DNA of 52,124 nt. Origin: a virus (lineage: Duplodnaviria > Caudoviricetes). The DNA is taken from positions 1-52,124 of IMG/VR virus record IMGVR_UViG_3300027769_000041. One strand, given 5' to 3'. The number at the start of each line of letters is the position of its first letter. The stretch's first letter is position 1. Position numbers and translations under genes: made by a program. Below are positions 34,066 through 44,300 of this stretch, one piece after another. Below the pieces are notes generated by a model, which was given only the letters and a program-made list of their open reading frames with translations, did not search any database and was not told the DNA's origin.

Positions 34066-34715
34066 TTCAGTGGTCGTTTAGTAGTCTTAAGGATTACGTT
34101 AATTGTCCGAAGCAGTACTACCACACCAAGGTAGCCAAGGACTTCATTAAGAAAACTACACAGCAAATGCTGTACGGAACGGAAGTTCACAAAGCTTGCG
34201 AAGATTATGTCCGTGACGGGACGCCGCTTGCCAAGAACTACGAGAGGTTTAAGTCGCAGTTAAACGCCCTGCGTGAGATAGAAGGGACTAAGTACTGCGA
34301 GCATGAGATGGCACTGACTAGGGATTTCGAGCCGTGCGCGTTCGACTCCGATACTAGGTGGGTGCGAGGCATCGTTGACCTGCTGATCGTCGATGGGGCT
34401 GACGCTTATATCGTGGACTACAAGACAGGCAGTAACCGCTACCCCGACCCGAAGCAGTTAAAGTTGATGGCGTTGATGACCTACGCACACTTCCCCGAGG
34501 TGCAGCACATAAAGGCGGGGCTGTTGTTCGTAATGCACAACACGTTTGTTACCGAGGAGTACGAGAGGAAAGACTCTGAGAAACTGTGGCAGAACTTCTT
34601 GCCGACGCTCGACCGTCTCGCCGTCTCCTATGATAATAACGTATGGTCTGCTAAGCCCGGCCCGTTGTGCGGCTGGTGTCCCGTGAACAGTTGTAAGTTT
34701 TACAGAGAGAAATGA
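34062..34715 (+). CDS. Cas4/RecB-like PD-(D/E)xK exonuclease
   Basis: SFSSL..Y..CP, GTEVH, E, RGIVD, DYKTG, QL, C-terminal CGWC.....C (Fe-S cluster ligands). Confidence 0.88.
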   Translation: MIQWSFSSLKDYVNCPKQYYHTKVAKDFIKKTTQQMLYGTEVHKACEDYVRDGTPLAKNYERFKSQLNALREIEGTKYCEHEMALTRDFEPCAFDSDTRWVRGIVDLLIVDGADAYIVDYKTGSNRYPDPKQLKLMALMTYAHFPEVQHIKAGLLFVMHNTFVTEEYERKDSEKLWQNFLPTLDRLAVSYDNNVWSAKPGPLCGWCPVNSCKFYREK

Positions 34716-34716
34716 A

Positions 34717-34971
34717 ATGCCTTACGTAAACAAAGCGCGTCCTTACAAGAAGGAATACAAGCAGCAGGTAGAACGTGGCGAGCATGAGAACCGTATGGAG
34801 CGGCAACGTGCCCGACGTTCTTATGACAAGAAAGGTATCAGCCGAAAGGGTAAAGACATTGCCCACGTGAAAGCCCTGTCTAAGGGTGGCAGTAACGGCG
34901 ATGGTACTAAGTTGCAGGCGCCTTCAAAAAATCGGTCTTTCCGTAGAACTTCTAGCGGAGCTATGAAATAA
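34717..34971 (+). CDS. Small HNH-like protein
   Basis: R.RARR...GKDIAH.K.LSKGG.N......S.NRS. Confidence 0.65.
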   Translation: MPYVNKARPYKKEYKQQVERGEHENRMERQRARRSYDKKGISRKGKDIAHVKALSKGGSNGDGTKLQAPSKNRSFRRTSSGAMK

Positions 34972-34975
34972 TGCA

Positions 34976-35105
34976 CTAGACGTGAGTGTGCTGTAGGGGA
35001 GTTCTCCACCCACTTCTCCCCCCAATAACCGCGTCTGCTGGCGATAGGTATCTCGCTACCTCGAAAGTCCGCCTAGGCGTCAGCCGTCTAGCCCACGATA
35101 CGGGC
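34976..35105 (+). ncRNA. Candidate multi-stem structured RNA upstream of the SNF2 helicase
   Basis: Nested stems 34976-34982/35085-35091, 34996-35001/35016-35021, 35037-35043/35078-35084, 35046-35050/35057-35061, plus hairpin 35091-35105. Confidence 0.5.
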
Positions 35106-35125
35106 CTTAGTTACAAAGGTACAGT

Positions 35126-36712
35126 ATGCAAATAGTAGATAACGCAGCGTTGCGACTTGTCGCATCGAATGGTTTTGCTTCCGAACTCGCATCAAAGATT
35201 GAGCGGAGCGAAATAATCAAAGATCACAAAGACAGCAAAGAACTGCTGATTTGTTGGGATCACGGCGAGATGAAAACTCTCGCTGAATACTTAGACCGAT
35301 ACCTCCCGAACTCTAACCTGCCTAAAGTCCCCTCGCCTATGCAGCGGGACTACACGTTTCCGGGACTGTTCAAACCGTTTGATCACCAACGTGAGACGGC
35401 AGAGTTTCTGTCACTACGACAACGTGCCTTCTGCTTTAACGAGGCAGGTACGGGCAAGACCTCGGCAGTTGTATGGGCTGCTGATTACCTGATGAATCAG
35501 GGCATCATCAAGAAGGTGCTTGTGATCTGCCCCCTGTCGATTATGTACTCGGCGTGGCAGTCAGACATCTTCAAAGCAGCGATGCACCGAACGTGCGGTG
35601 TCGCACACGGGTCGTCTACAAAGCGTAAGAAGATATTAGATGAGAACTACGACTTCACGATCATCAACTATGACGGCACTGCCGTTGTCCTTGAGGAACT
35701 GAAGAAGGCCAAGTTCGACCTGATCGTGATCGACGAGGCTAACGCCTACAAGACCCCAAGCACGAAGCGGTGGAAGAACCTAGCCAAGTTGATTGAGCCT
35801 GATACTTGGCTGTGGATGCTTACGGGTACACCTGCCTCGCAGTCGCCTGTCGATGCGTTTGGGTTAGCCAAGTTGGTTAGTCCGTTACGTGTCCCGAAGT
35901 TCTCGACGGCGTGGCGGGATCGGGTCATGGTGCAGATCAGTAAATTCAAATGGGTTCCAAAGTACGCAGCCACCGACGAGGTGTACCGTGCGCTACAACC
36001 TGCGATTAGATACACGAAGAAAGAATGTCTAGATCTCCCAGAAATTATTTACCAAACGAGAGACGTGGAACTAAGTCCACAAGCGTCTAAGTACTACAAT
36101 GTATTAAAAAAGCAATTACTGATAGAGGCCTCGGGCGAGCAAGTATCCGCAGTCAATGCAGCCGCCGCCCTAAATAAACTCTTACAAATTTCAGCCGGTG
36201 CTGTGTATACGGACAAGCATGACGTGGTTCAGTTCGACATCGCGCCGCGCCTGAACGCGCTTAAAGAAGTACTTGAGGAAACTACCAATAAGGTTGTAGT
36301 ATTCGTTCCGTTCCTTCATGCTATCGACATCGTGAGTGAATACCTCACGAAGCAAGGTGTGAAGAGCGAGATCATCAACGGGAGTGTTACAGCGCAGAAT
36401 CGGCACGACATTATCAGCCGGTTTCAAACTGCAACTGATCCCCGAGTCCTGATCATTCAACCGCAATCTGCATCGCACGGCGTAACGCTGACTGCTGCTG
36501 ACACGGTGGTGTTCTGGGCTCCGGTGATGTCAGTCGAGACGTATCTACAGTGTATAGCCCGTATTGAGAGAGTAGGCCAAGTGAACAAAATGTCGGTGGT
36601 GCATCTGCGTGGATCGGAAGTTGAGAAGAAGATCTACACGATGCTCCAAGGCAAGGTTGACGACCATCAAAAGTTAGTAGACCTGTATAAGCAAGAGTTA
36701 GAGGAAGTTTGA
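35126..36712 (+). CDS. SNF2-family (SF2) helicase
   Basis: GTGKT, ICP, DEAN, LTGTP, HGVTLT.A, Q..ARI.R.GQ. Confidence 0.92.
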   Translation: MQIVDNAALRLVASNGFASELASKIERSEIIKDHKDSKELLICWDHGEMKTLAEYLDRYLPNSNLPKVPSPMQRDYTFPGLFKPFDHQRETAEFLSLRQRAFCFNEAGTGKTSAVVWAADYLMNQGIIKKVLVICPLSIMYSAWQSDIFKAAMHRTCGVAHGSSTKRKKILDENYDFTIINYDGTAVVLEELKKAKFDLIVIDEANAYKTPSTKRWKNLAKLIEPDTWLWMLTGTPASQSPVDAFGLAKLVSPLRVPKFSTAWRDRVMVQISKFKWVPKYAATDEVYRALQPAIRYTKKECLDLPEIIYQTRDVELSPQASKYYNVLKKQLLIEASGEQVSAVNAAAALNKLLQISAGAVYTDKHDVVQFDIAPRLNALKEVLEETTNKVVVFVPFLHAIDIVSEYLTKQGVKSEIINGSVTAQNRHDIISRFQTATDPRVLIIQPQSASHGVTLTAADTVVFWAPVMSVETYLQCIARIERVGQVNKMSVVHLRGSEVEKKIYTMLQGKVDDHQKLVDLYKQELEEV

Positions 36713-36713
36713 A

Positions 36714-37109
36714 ATGGGTGATACAGATGAATTAGTTGAAGCGTATTTATCAATACGCTCTGAGCGGGACAAGTTACTACGTGACTACGAAGTAACTGAC
36801 GCTAAGTTGAAAGAGGATATGGCTAAGTTGGAAGCCGTGATGCTTGAGATGTGTAACGCAGTTAATGCAGATAGCATCAAGACTAAGCACGGCACGGTGA
36901 TGCGGAAGTTAAACGAACGTTTCTTCTGCCAAGATTGGGATAACTTCTACAAGTTTGTTCTTGATAATGAAGCAGTTCAATTGTTAGAGCGGCGCATCCA
37001 TCAAGGTAACTTTAGGGAGTTTCTAAAGGACCACGAGAACGACGGGTTGCCGCCCGGTGTGAACGTGATGCGTGAGTTTGGTGTTTCAGTGCGTAAAGCT
37101 AGTAAGTGA
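36714..37109 (+). CDS. Conserved replication-module protein
   Basis: Coiled coil, S.KT.HGT, DW..FY.F......LLE.RI.Q, LPPG. Confidence 0.7.
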   Translation: MGDTDELVEAYLSIRSERDKLLRDYEVTDAKLKEDMAKLEAVMLEMCNAVNADSIKTKHGTVMRKLNERFFCQDWDNFYKFVLDNEAVQLLERRIHQGNFREFLKDHENDGLPPGVNVMREFGVSVRKASK

Positions 37110-37116
37110 GGAATTT

Positions 37117-37986
37117 ATGAGTAACGATATCATTGCAAGTTTGAAGAGCGAACTCGCCAAGATTCAAGGCGGGGTTGACGACGATACCCGTGCAGTTGCC
37201 GGTGGCAGTGGACTGTCCAAGCGTATCTCTATCAAGGGCGGCGTCTTCCGTAAGATGGCCGGTGGTAAGGAGATTGGCTCCATCGAAGATCGCCACATGA
37301 ATGTGATCTTTGTGAAGATGGCACACGCTCCGAGCCGTACCTTCTACACGGGCGCGTACAAGGAAGGCGAGAAGATTTCTCCGGTGTGTTGGTCGTCTGA
37401 CTCCAAGACGCCTGATCCGGAAGTGAAGACTCCGCAAGCCTCAGCCTGTGACAAATGTCAGTTCTCCGTGAAGGGTTCAGGTCAGGGCGGTAGCGGCACT
37501 GCTTGCCGTCTGTCGTGGCGCACTGCGGTTGTTCTGCCGCAAGATCCGAACGGCGATGTGATGCAGTTGGTTCTCCCGGCTACGTCGTGCTTTGGTAAGG
37601 AAGAGGGCGGCAAGTATCCGTTCCGTCCGTACATTCAGATGTTGGCTAACAACAATATCTCGGCAGGTCGCGTCGTGACCAAGATGCAGTTCGACACGAA
37701 GTCGCCTGTTCCGAAGTTGTTGTTTGCGCCGATTGGTGTTGTTCCTGAGAGCGACATTGAAGCGGTGCAGCGTCAGAAGGAAACCAAGTTTGCTGAGAAC
37801 GCTGTTAAGTTGACGGTGTATCAGCAAGACGGTGGTGACGAGGCTCCGTCTGTGGGGGCTACGGTTGTTATGCCCGAGGCTGACGGCGTTGAGGAACCTA
37901 TTGTCCGTGAGGTCAAGAAGTCCGAACCTACTGCCGCTTCTACCGACGCTACCGATGTCATCAAGAAGTGGTCTAAGAAGGGCTGA
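37117..37986 (+). CDS. Putative ssDNA-binding/annealing protein
   Basis: RISIKGG.F...R.FY...P.CWS.D...C..C....GS...C; acidic flexible C-terminus; start revised to the ATG after GAGGA. Confidence 0.6.
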   Translation: MSNDIIASLKSELAKIQGGVDDDTRAVAGGSGLSKRISIKGGVFRKMAGGKEIGSIEDRHMNVIFVKMAHAPSRTFYTGAYKEGEKISPVCWSSDSKTPDPEVKTPQASACDKCQFSVKGSGQGGSGTACRLSWRTAVVLPQDPNGDVMQLVLPATSCFGKEEGGKYPFRPYIQMLANNNISAGRVVTKMQFDTKSPVPKLLFAPIGVVPESDIEAVQRQKETKFAENAVKLTVYQQDGGDEAPSVGATVVMPEADGVEEPIVREVKKSEPTAASTDATDVIKKWSKKG

Positions 37987-37989
37987 TTT

Positions 37990-38301
37990 ATGCCTCGCAC
38001 ATACGGCGACAAGTTACTACTTCAACTGCAACAGGCAGACGCAACTCTGCTAGGAGTACGGCTTGGTCGCCTATGTGTAGAGGCCAACCTTCCGGTTGTG
38101 TATGTAGCAGAAGCGTTGAGCGTATCGCGCAACACAGTGCATTTGTGGTTTAGAGGTCAGATGATGTACGAGGATAAACGTAAGGTAGTAGAGGCGTTTA
38201 TGCACCTCGTCGAGAAGGATATGGAAGCGAAGCTGCTTCCTGCCCATAGCCTCAAACACGCGAAGGCCTACATAGAGGAGATGCTTGGCCGAAAGATTTA
38301 G
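37990..38301 (+). CDS. HTH (XRE/Cro-like) DNA-binding protein
   Basis: VAEALSVSRNTVHLWFRG helix-turn-helix. Confidence 0.75.
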   Translation: MPRTYGDKLLLQLQQADATLLGVRLGRLCVEANLPVVYVAEALSVSRNTVHLWFRGQMMYEDKRKVVEAFMHLVEKDMEAKLLPAHSLKHAKAYIEEMLGRKI

Positions 38302-38317
38302 GTTGTTACTCGTGGTT

Positions 38318-38346
38318 GGCGGGGTGGCCGTCGCCCCGCCTTTTTT
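38318..38346 (+). terminator. Intrinsic terminator
   Basis: GGCGGGGTGG-CCG-TCGCCCCGCC followed by TTTTTT. Confidence 0.8.
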
Positions 38347-38366
38347 ATCTAAGTGGGTTGGTGTTC

Positions 38367-41186
38367 ATGCGAAAACAATTTTACGAGAAAGTACTGCCCC
38401 CGCATGGCATCTACTGCGTTACTGAGATTGCTAAGGACAAGAAGGTAATCAATCGGTTTGCAGAGAGCCTTGACGAGGTAGAGAGACTAGTCGATGAGAT
38501 CAACGGCGAAGGCAAGAATGCCTTCATCGCGCTAAGCAGTTTCAATGGGCATAGTCGGATGGGGGACTACGCTCAGTACTGCCGCTCGTTCTTTGTTGAT
38601 CTTGATGTTAAACCTGACAAGCCCGGCTGCTACAACAGTAAGGTCGAGGCTATTGAGGATCTAGATCATTTCCTGAAAGTGACGGAGCTTCCGCCGCCTG
38701 TCGTGGTGGATTCGGGTAATGGCATTCACGCATATTGGCCGTTTGAAGAGGCTGTGCCGATTGCCGAGTGGAAGGTCTACGCAGACAAGTTCAAGCAACT
38801 CTGTCTAGACCACATGAAGATTGATCCGGTCGTGACGGCTGACATCACTCGGATCATGCGTTGCCCTGAGACGCTGAACTTCAAGACCGATCCACCGAAC
38901 CCAACGAAGTTCCTGACGGACGATATCAATCAGTACGACTTTGCTGCGTTTAAAGAATACTTAGGCGAGGTTGAGCCGTCTGTATCGTCGATCCTTGACC
39001 TGATCCCAAAAGGTTTGGACGAAGACACCCGGCAGATCGCTAAGTTCGACAACTTTGAAGTCACGTTCCAAGACATCGCTGAGAAGAGTCTAGAAGGTAA
39101 CGGCTGCAATCAGATCAAGTTTGCTCTGATTAACGCCAAGACTTTGCCTGAACCTCTGTGGCATTCGGCCCTTTCTATTGCAAGACATTGCACGGATTGG
39201 GAAACGGCCATCCATCTACTGTCTGAAGACTACGAAGGGTACAGCCCTGAAGCCACATTAAGGAAGGCAAATGAAACATTTGGTAAACCGCATAGTTGCG
39301 ATGCTTTCTCTCAGAGAAACCCCGGTGGATGTGACGGATGTCCATATAAGGGACGAGTCACCAACCCACTTTCCATTGGACGGAAGTTCGTTGCAGCCCC
39401 GGCAGAGGAGGTCACCGAGGAGGTCGCAATTCGGATCGAAAAGAATCCCGAAGAAGTTCCGCCATTTCCTAAAGCGGTCTTACCCTATGTACGAGGACGA
39501 GCCGGAGGAGTTTACTACTTACCCCCCTCCGAAGAAGACGACGACGGAGTAAAGATCCAGCCGCATCCGGTACTGATCTCAACTAATGAGTTCTTCCCCA
39601 TCAAGCGTATGTACGGTGAGGCAGACGGAGAACTGTTTCTAGTGCGTATCAAATTGCCTCACGAAGTGCGTGAGAAGTACATATCAATGGGCGAAGCGCA
39701 GTCCGTTGATAGTCTGAAAGACATCCTTGGTAAGGCCGGTATTGCACCGCCGAACCAGAACCTATGGCCGAAGATCGTGGATTACATTATGAAATGGGCA
39801 CACTACTTACAGAGTCAGAACTCAGCCGACAAAATCTGTCATCAGATGGGTTGGACGGAAAGCAACGAATCCTTCCTGATTGGTGAGACTGAAGTCGTTG
39901 GCAACGGTCAGACGCGCAGGGCGGCATCTAGTCCCTTAATACGTGACATATCACGTCTCCTGCGTCCGAAGGGTGACTATCAGGTGTGGAAGGACTGCAT
40001 CAACCGACTGAACCGACCTGAGTTGGAGATGCAAGCCTTTGGCCTGTTTGTCTCATTCGGGTCGCCGCTGATGCGGTTTACATCCACCAACGGTATGACG
40101 TTCTGTTTCACGGGTCTGTCGGGTGCAGCCAAGTCAGGCTCGCTGTATGCAGCCCTGTCGGTGTGGGGTTCCCCCAAACCTCTCAGTGTTTACGACTCGA
40201 CTGACAACGCTTTCAACAGCCGCGCCATGTCCCTCAAGAACATCATTATGGGTATGGACGAGGTGCAGGAGAAGCCGCCCGAGCAGATATCCAAGCTCAT
40301 CCACCTTATCTCGCAGGGTAAGGGCAAGATGCGTATGCAGAGTTCGATTAACGCCGAGCGTGAGCAGCAAGAGATTGCCTCTATGCTGTGCTTGATGTCA
40401 TCGAACCTGTCGCTCTACGACATGATCTTCAGCAAGAAGGCTAACGCTAGTGGCGAGATCATGCGTCTGTTGGAGTATGTCCTGATTCAGCCGTCGTACC
40501 TTACCTTGGAGATGGGTAAGGAGATCTTCGATCCGCTGCACCGCAACCACGGTCATGCAGGGGTGGAGTACATCGACCGGTTGTTGACGATGGGCGACAC
40601 GGAGATTCGTGCCCGTATTCAGAAGTGGAGTAAGCGTGTAACCGAAACCAAGTTAGGGAGCAACGCAGCCTTCCGTTTCTACGAGACCGCTTTCAGCGCC
40701 ATCTTTGCCGGTGCAGAGATTGCTAACGAGGCGGGAATCATTAACTTTGACATCGAAAGGATATTTGACAAAGTGATACTAGAAACAATCAAGGTTCGGG
40801 ATAACACCCAGAAGAACCAAGTCACAGACTATGAAGGTCTGATCGGTGAGTTCCTTAACGATCATTGGCGTCGTGGCACGTTGATTTTCGATGAGGGCAG
40901 ACTCGTCAACGAACCGCACGGCGAACTCGTAGCTCGTGTTGAGATCGGTAACTCGACTCAGTACGTCGCCAAGAGCAAGTTCAAGCAGTTCCTTGCCACC
41001 AAGAGCGTGGGCACGGCCGAGTTTGAACGCGCCTTGGAGAAGTCTACGGTCAAGTTGGAGTCGAAGAAGATGCGACTCTCAACAGGTTGGAAAGCCGGTA
41101 TGACGACCCCACCTATTCATGTGTACGCGTTCCAGTACGAAGTACCGAAAGAGTTGTTAGATGACAATCAAGGTAGTGGAGCCTGA
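38367..41186 (+). CDS. Primase-helicase (AEP/RepB-like primase, Cys cluster, DUF927, P-loop)
   Basis: FFVDLD, SGNGIHAYW, DITRIMR.P, SC...CDGC, MGW, P-loop GLSGAAKS, MDE, GKGK.R; start revised to the ATG past the terminator. Confidence 0.88.
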   Translation: MRKQFYEKVLPPHGIYCVTEIAKDKKVINRFAESLDEVERLVDEINGEGKNAFIALSSFNGHSRMGDYAQYCRSFFVDLDVKPDKPGCYNSKVEAIEDLDHFLKVTELPPPVVVDSGNGIHAYWPFEEAVPIAEWKVYADKFKQLCLDHMKIDPVVTADITRIMRCPETLNFKTDPPNPTKFLTDDINQYDFAAFKEYLGEVEPSVSSILDLIPKGLDEDTRQIAKFDNFEVTFQDIAEKSLEGNGCNQIKFALINAKTLPEPLWHSALSIARHCTDWETAIHLLSEDYEGYSPEATLRKANETFGKPHSCDAFSQRNPGGCDGCPYKGRVTNPLSIGRKFVAAPAEEVTEEVAIRIEKNPEEVPPFPKAVLPYVRGRAGGVYYLPPSEEDDDGVKIQPHPVLISTNEFFPIKRMYGEADGELFLVRIKLPHEVREKYISMGEAQSVDSLKDILGKAGIAPPNQNLWPKIVDYIMKWAHYLQSQNSADKICHQMGWTESNESFLIGETEVVGNGQTRRAASSPLIRDISRLLRPKGDYQVWKDCINRLNRPELEMQAFGLFVSFGSPLMRFTSTNGMTFCFTGLSGAAKSGSLYAALSVWGSPKPLSVYDSTDNAFNSRAMSLKNIIMGMDEVQEKPPEQISKLIHLISQGKGKMRMQSSINAEREQQEIASMLCLMSSNLSLYDMIFSKKANASGEIMRLLEYVLIQPSYLTLEMGKEIFDPLHRNHGHAGVEYIDRLLTMGDTEIRARIQKWSKRVTETKLGSNAAFRFYETAFSAIFAGAEIANEAGIINFDIERIFDKVILETIKVRDNTQKNQVTDYEGLIGEFLNDHWRRGTLIFDEGRLVNEPHGELVARVEIGNSTQYVAKSKFKQFLATKSVGTAEFERALEKSTVKLESKKMRLSTGWKAGMTTPPIHVYAFQYEVPKELLDDNQGSGA

Positions 41187-41364
41187 GTGGATCTTCCCGT
41201 TTGAGGGTATGGCGGTTGGAGATAGTTTCTTCATCCCCACCCTCAAGATCCCTGAGATGCTTTATGTCATCGACTGCCGAGCAAAGGTCGCTCAAGTACG
41301 AGTGAAGGCTTACGCCTCGTCCAAGGAAGGACACCTCGGCATTCGGGTCTGGCGTACTGCTTAG
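41161..41364 (+). CDS. Small putative DNA-binding protein
   Basis: FPF..M.VGDSFFIP...GIRVWR motif. Confidence 0.7.
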   Translation: MTIKVVEPEWIFPFEGMAVGDSFFIPTLKIPEMLYVIDCRAKVAQVRVKAYASSKEGHLGIRVWRTA

Positions 41365-44300
41365 TCTTTAGGCTGCTCGTCGCCGAAGATACGTTTAAGT
41401 ATCGGCTTCTCAGGCTCTTGGAACTCCGCTGCCAAGGCCGGACGCATCTTCGGTGGCGAGTAGATACCGAACGTAGACTGTGCGCTACGCTGCCTACGTG
41501 TGGCAAAAGACTTCGAAATAGTCTCGCCATCAATACGCATACGGTACGCCTTGACGGTTTCGCTATCGTTGTACTTATTGATCGCCTCACGCGCTTCCTT
41601 CTCGCCTTCCTTATCCTCCTTGATACGGGCTAAGTACAGCCTGTCCAAAAGCGCCTTCTTGCGATTTTCTAGATCATCAATCTTCTTTGCCTTGTCTCCG
41701 GCAATCTCACTACGACGCGCCACTTCAACCGGCGTAAATCCGAGCGTCTGCATGAACAGTTCGTACTTGTTGAAGTCGTCGTACAGAACTTCCTTATCTC
41801 TAGTCAGCGCGCCTTCCGAAGCATAACGATACGACTTCAACACGTTACGGATGAACGACGGCATAAACGACTCAACTGCACGGTCGTAGTTACCTTCCTT
41901 ATAATCTTTAACTCCGCGACCGATTCCCATCAACGCAGCGTAAGACGGACCAAAGATCTGCTCCATCGCAAACAAGATTGGCCCGATCTCTTCAAGACGC
42001 TTGTCGTCGTCTCTCCAAAGCATGTTCGCAAAACCGGTACGCGATGCAATATCTTGCATAAGTAGTTCGTTGACCGGACCCTTATTGGCGATAGACCCGA
42101 CCGCGCCACGTACAGCAGTCTCAGCCTTCCAAGGCTCATCCTCATCGCCAAGAAGATCGTGCATGATGTCTGCCATGACGGTAGCCGCACCGAAGAACGG
42201 CATACCCTGAATACCTGCGAACGTGAACGCCATCGCAGAGATACCCAAGAACTGCTTAGCAGCCATCTTCCTAACTTCAGGTGTCTCGCCCTTTAGCGCA
42301 TTACGCAACAGCTTGACCTGCAAATAGATCATCGTCTGAGCGAAGTTCTTAAAGGTGAACGCTACCTTACCGAACCCGGTTTGGAACACTCTTGGCGAGG
42401 TCTCAGTCAGGGTAGTACCGTGCGTCTCGTTGATCGTATCAAGCGCGAACCTGATGGCAGCATCTATGTCACCGCCGTTCTTCTGCATCTCCAAGTTAAA
42501 CGCAGCGATCAAAGTGACTTCGCGGTTCATGCGTTCCGAGTTTTGGAACGTCCAACCCAAGATCTGCTCGGTCTTAGCCTTGAGACCGATATAGTCGCCC
42601 ATCCCGTAATTCTTCTTTCTGCCTTCGATCAGGTCATACCCTGTCGAGCGACGGATAGCACTCTGCCGCACGGCAGCGTCATATAACTTCTTAAGCGGCG
42701 AGTTACTAGGCAGTCCGATACCAAACGAGTAGTCGGCGGGGAATCGCTTCTCGCCACCGGGGACGTTATCGTTATCCCACCCACCCTTGAAGTATTGCTT
42801 CTGCGCGTCGGTCATCGCCTTCATCGCGTCATTAGCGCCGTACTTACCGGCAAGAACCGGATAGACAACCATCGGCAACTGCGTCAAGTTGATCAACGCC
42901 GTGGACACGTTACCAATGATGTACCAATAGTAACTAAACGAAGTCAGCGTATTGACTAGCCAACCGTTACCCGGATCACGCAGGTAATCCATCTGCCCCT
43001 TCAAGTTATTCATGAAGGACTTAACGGCCAAGTCTCTAGCTTGAGCGGCTTCTTTATTAGCGTCCTTCTCTACGTCGCTATAGGCTTTATCAATCTCAGG
43101 GATGAACTCAAGATTAGTAAGCTGATTAGCCATACGCGAAGCAACTGTCGCGTAAACATTCATTAGATCAGTCTCGTATCCACGGTACCCATCACGAGTA
43201 CGATACTGTTGTCGCACAGACTGAGCAGGCAGCAAGTCTAAATACATTTCAAACAAAGAACGCTTAATCGCAGGGGACACGCCCTTACTATTGAGTTCTT
43301 CCATAATTTTATAGAAGAACGGTCCTGCTTCAGATTGCTCAAACGCGCCTTCAACGCGAGCAAAAGGTTGCATACTTGCCTTAGATGCACCGGCAGCGAT
43401 GGCTTCTTTCATAGCCAACTCGCGCTCACGGTTAGAATTGAATGAGCGAATTACCGTCTCTTGCTTACCATTAATTACAGCCTCGTAACGAAGCCAATAG
43501 TCGCCTTCACGGAACAGAGGCAAGTAAACCTTCAGGCGCTTCTGCGCCATCTTGCGCTCAAGCCTGCGTACGAGACGAGGCGAGAGGTTCTTACTGATCA
43601 GTTTTAAATACTCATCAGCCATCTTTCGATAGCTCTCAAGCATATCGAAGTAGACCGTTTTCATATCGCTCGGAAGCGCGTCGAACTGTTGAGTGAGCGG
43701 GTTACTAGCCTGAGTCGGATCTCTGAAGTCAACTTGCAACCGAGTCGATTCGTGCGCGATCTCGTAGAACTTCTCACGCTGCTTAAGGCTGTACTTGCTA
43801 AGGATGTCGTTCCATTTACGGATGTTCCTATCAAGACTTTCTTTGCGATCCTTAAGTGCACTTGCCCTGACGTTGATTACGTTTAGCAAATCCCGCAAAG
43901 ACGGAAGCTCTTTAGCAAACAACTCAACCTGCTGCGGCAACGACAAGAAGGCATAGATACCCTTGCGGATATTGTCCTTGATGTTGTCGGCGTTCAGGAT
44001 GTTACGAACTGAGTCGTATACGTTCTTGCTAAGCGGCGGCAGGTTGCTAACTACGCGACCTACAGCACCCAAGTAACTAGGCGTCGTGGCGTTGGGTATG
44101 CCCTGAATCGTACTCTGTCCGGTTGGCGAGGTAGGTCTCGGACGACCCGGAGGTTGTGGCGCACCTGACGGTGCAGCACTTGGCGGAGTCGGTGGGGTAG
44201 GCGGAGTTGGCGGTGCGCCCGCAGCAGCAACAGTAGGCGGAGTCGGGGCAGGTGCAGCCGGAGCAGCCTGTACAGCAGGCGCAGTGGGGGTCGGAGCGGC

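Noticed and set aside
34062-34715. CRISPR-Cas system suggested by the Cas4-like gene
   Set aside because: No cas1/cas2 or array; solo Cas4-like exonucleases are normal in phage replication modules.
34976-35105. tRNA or hammerhead ribozyme
   Set aside because: No T-loop GTTCRA or cloverleaf, and no CUGANGA core; kept only as an unclassified structured RNA candidate.
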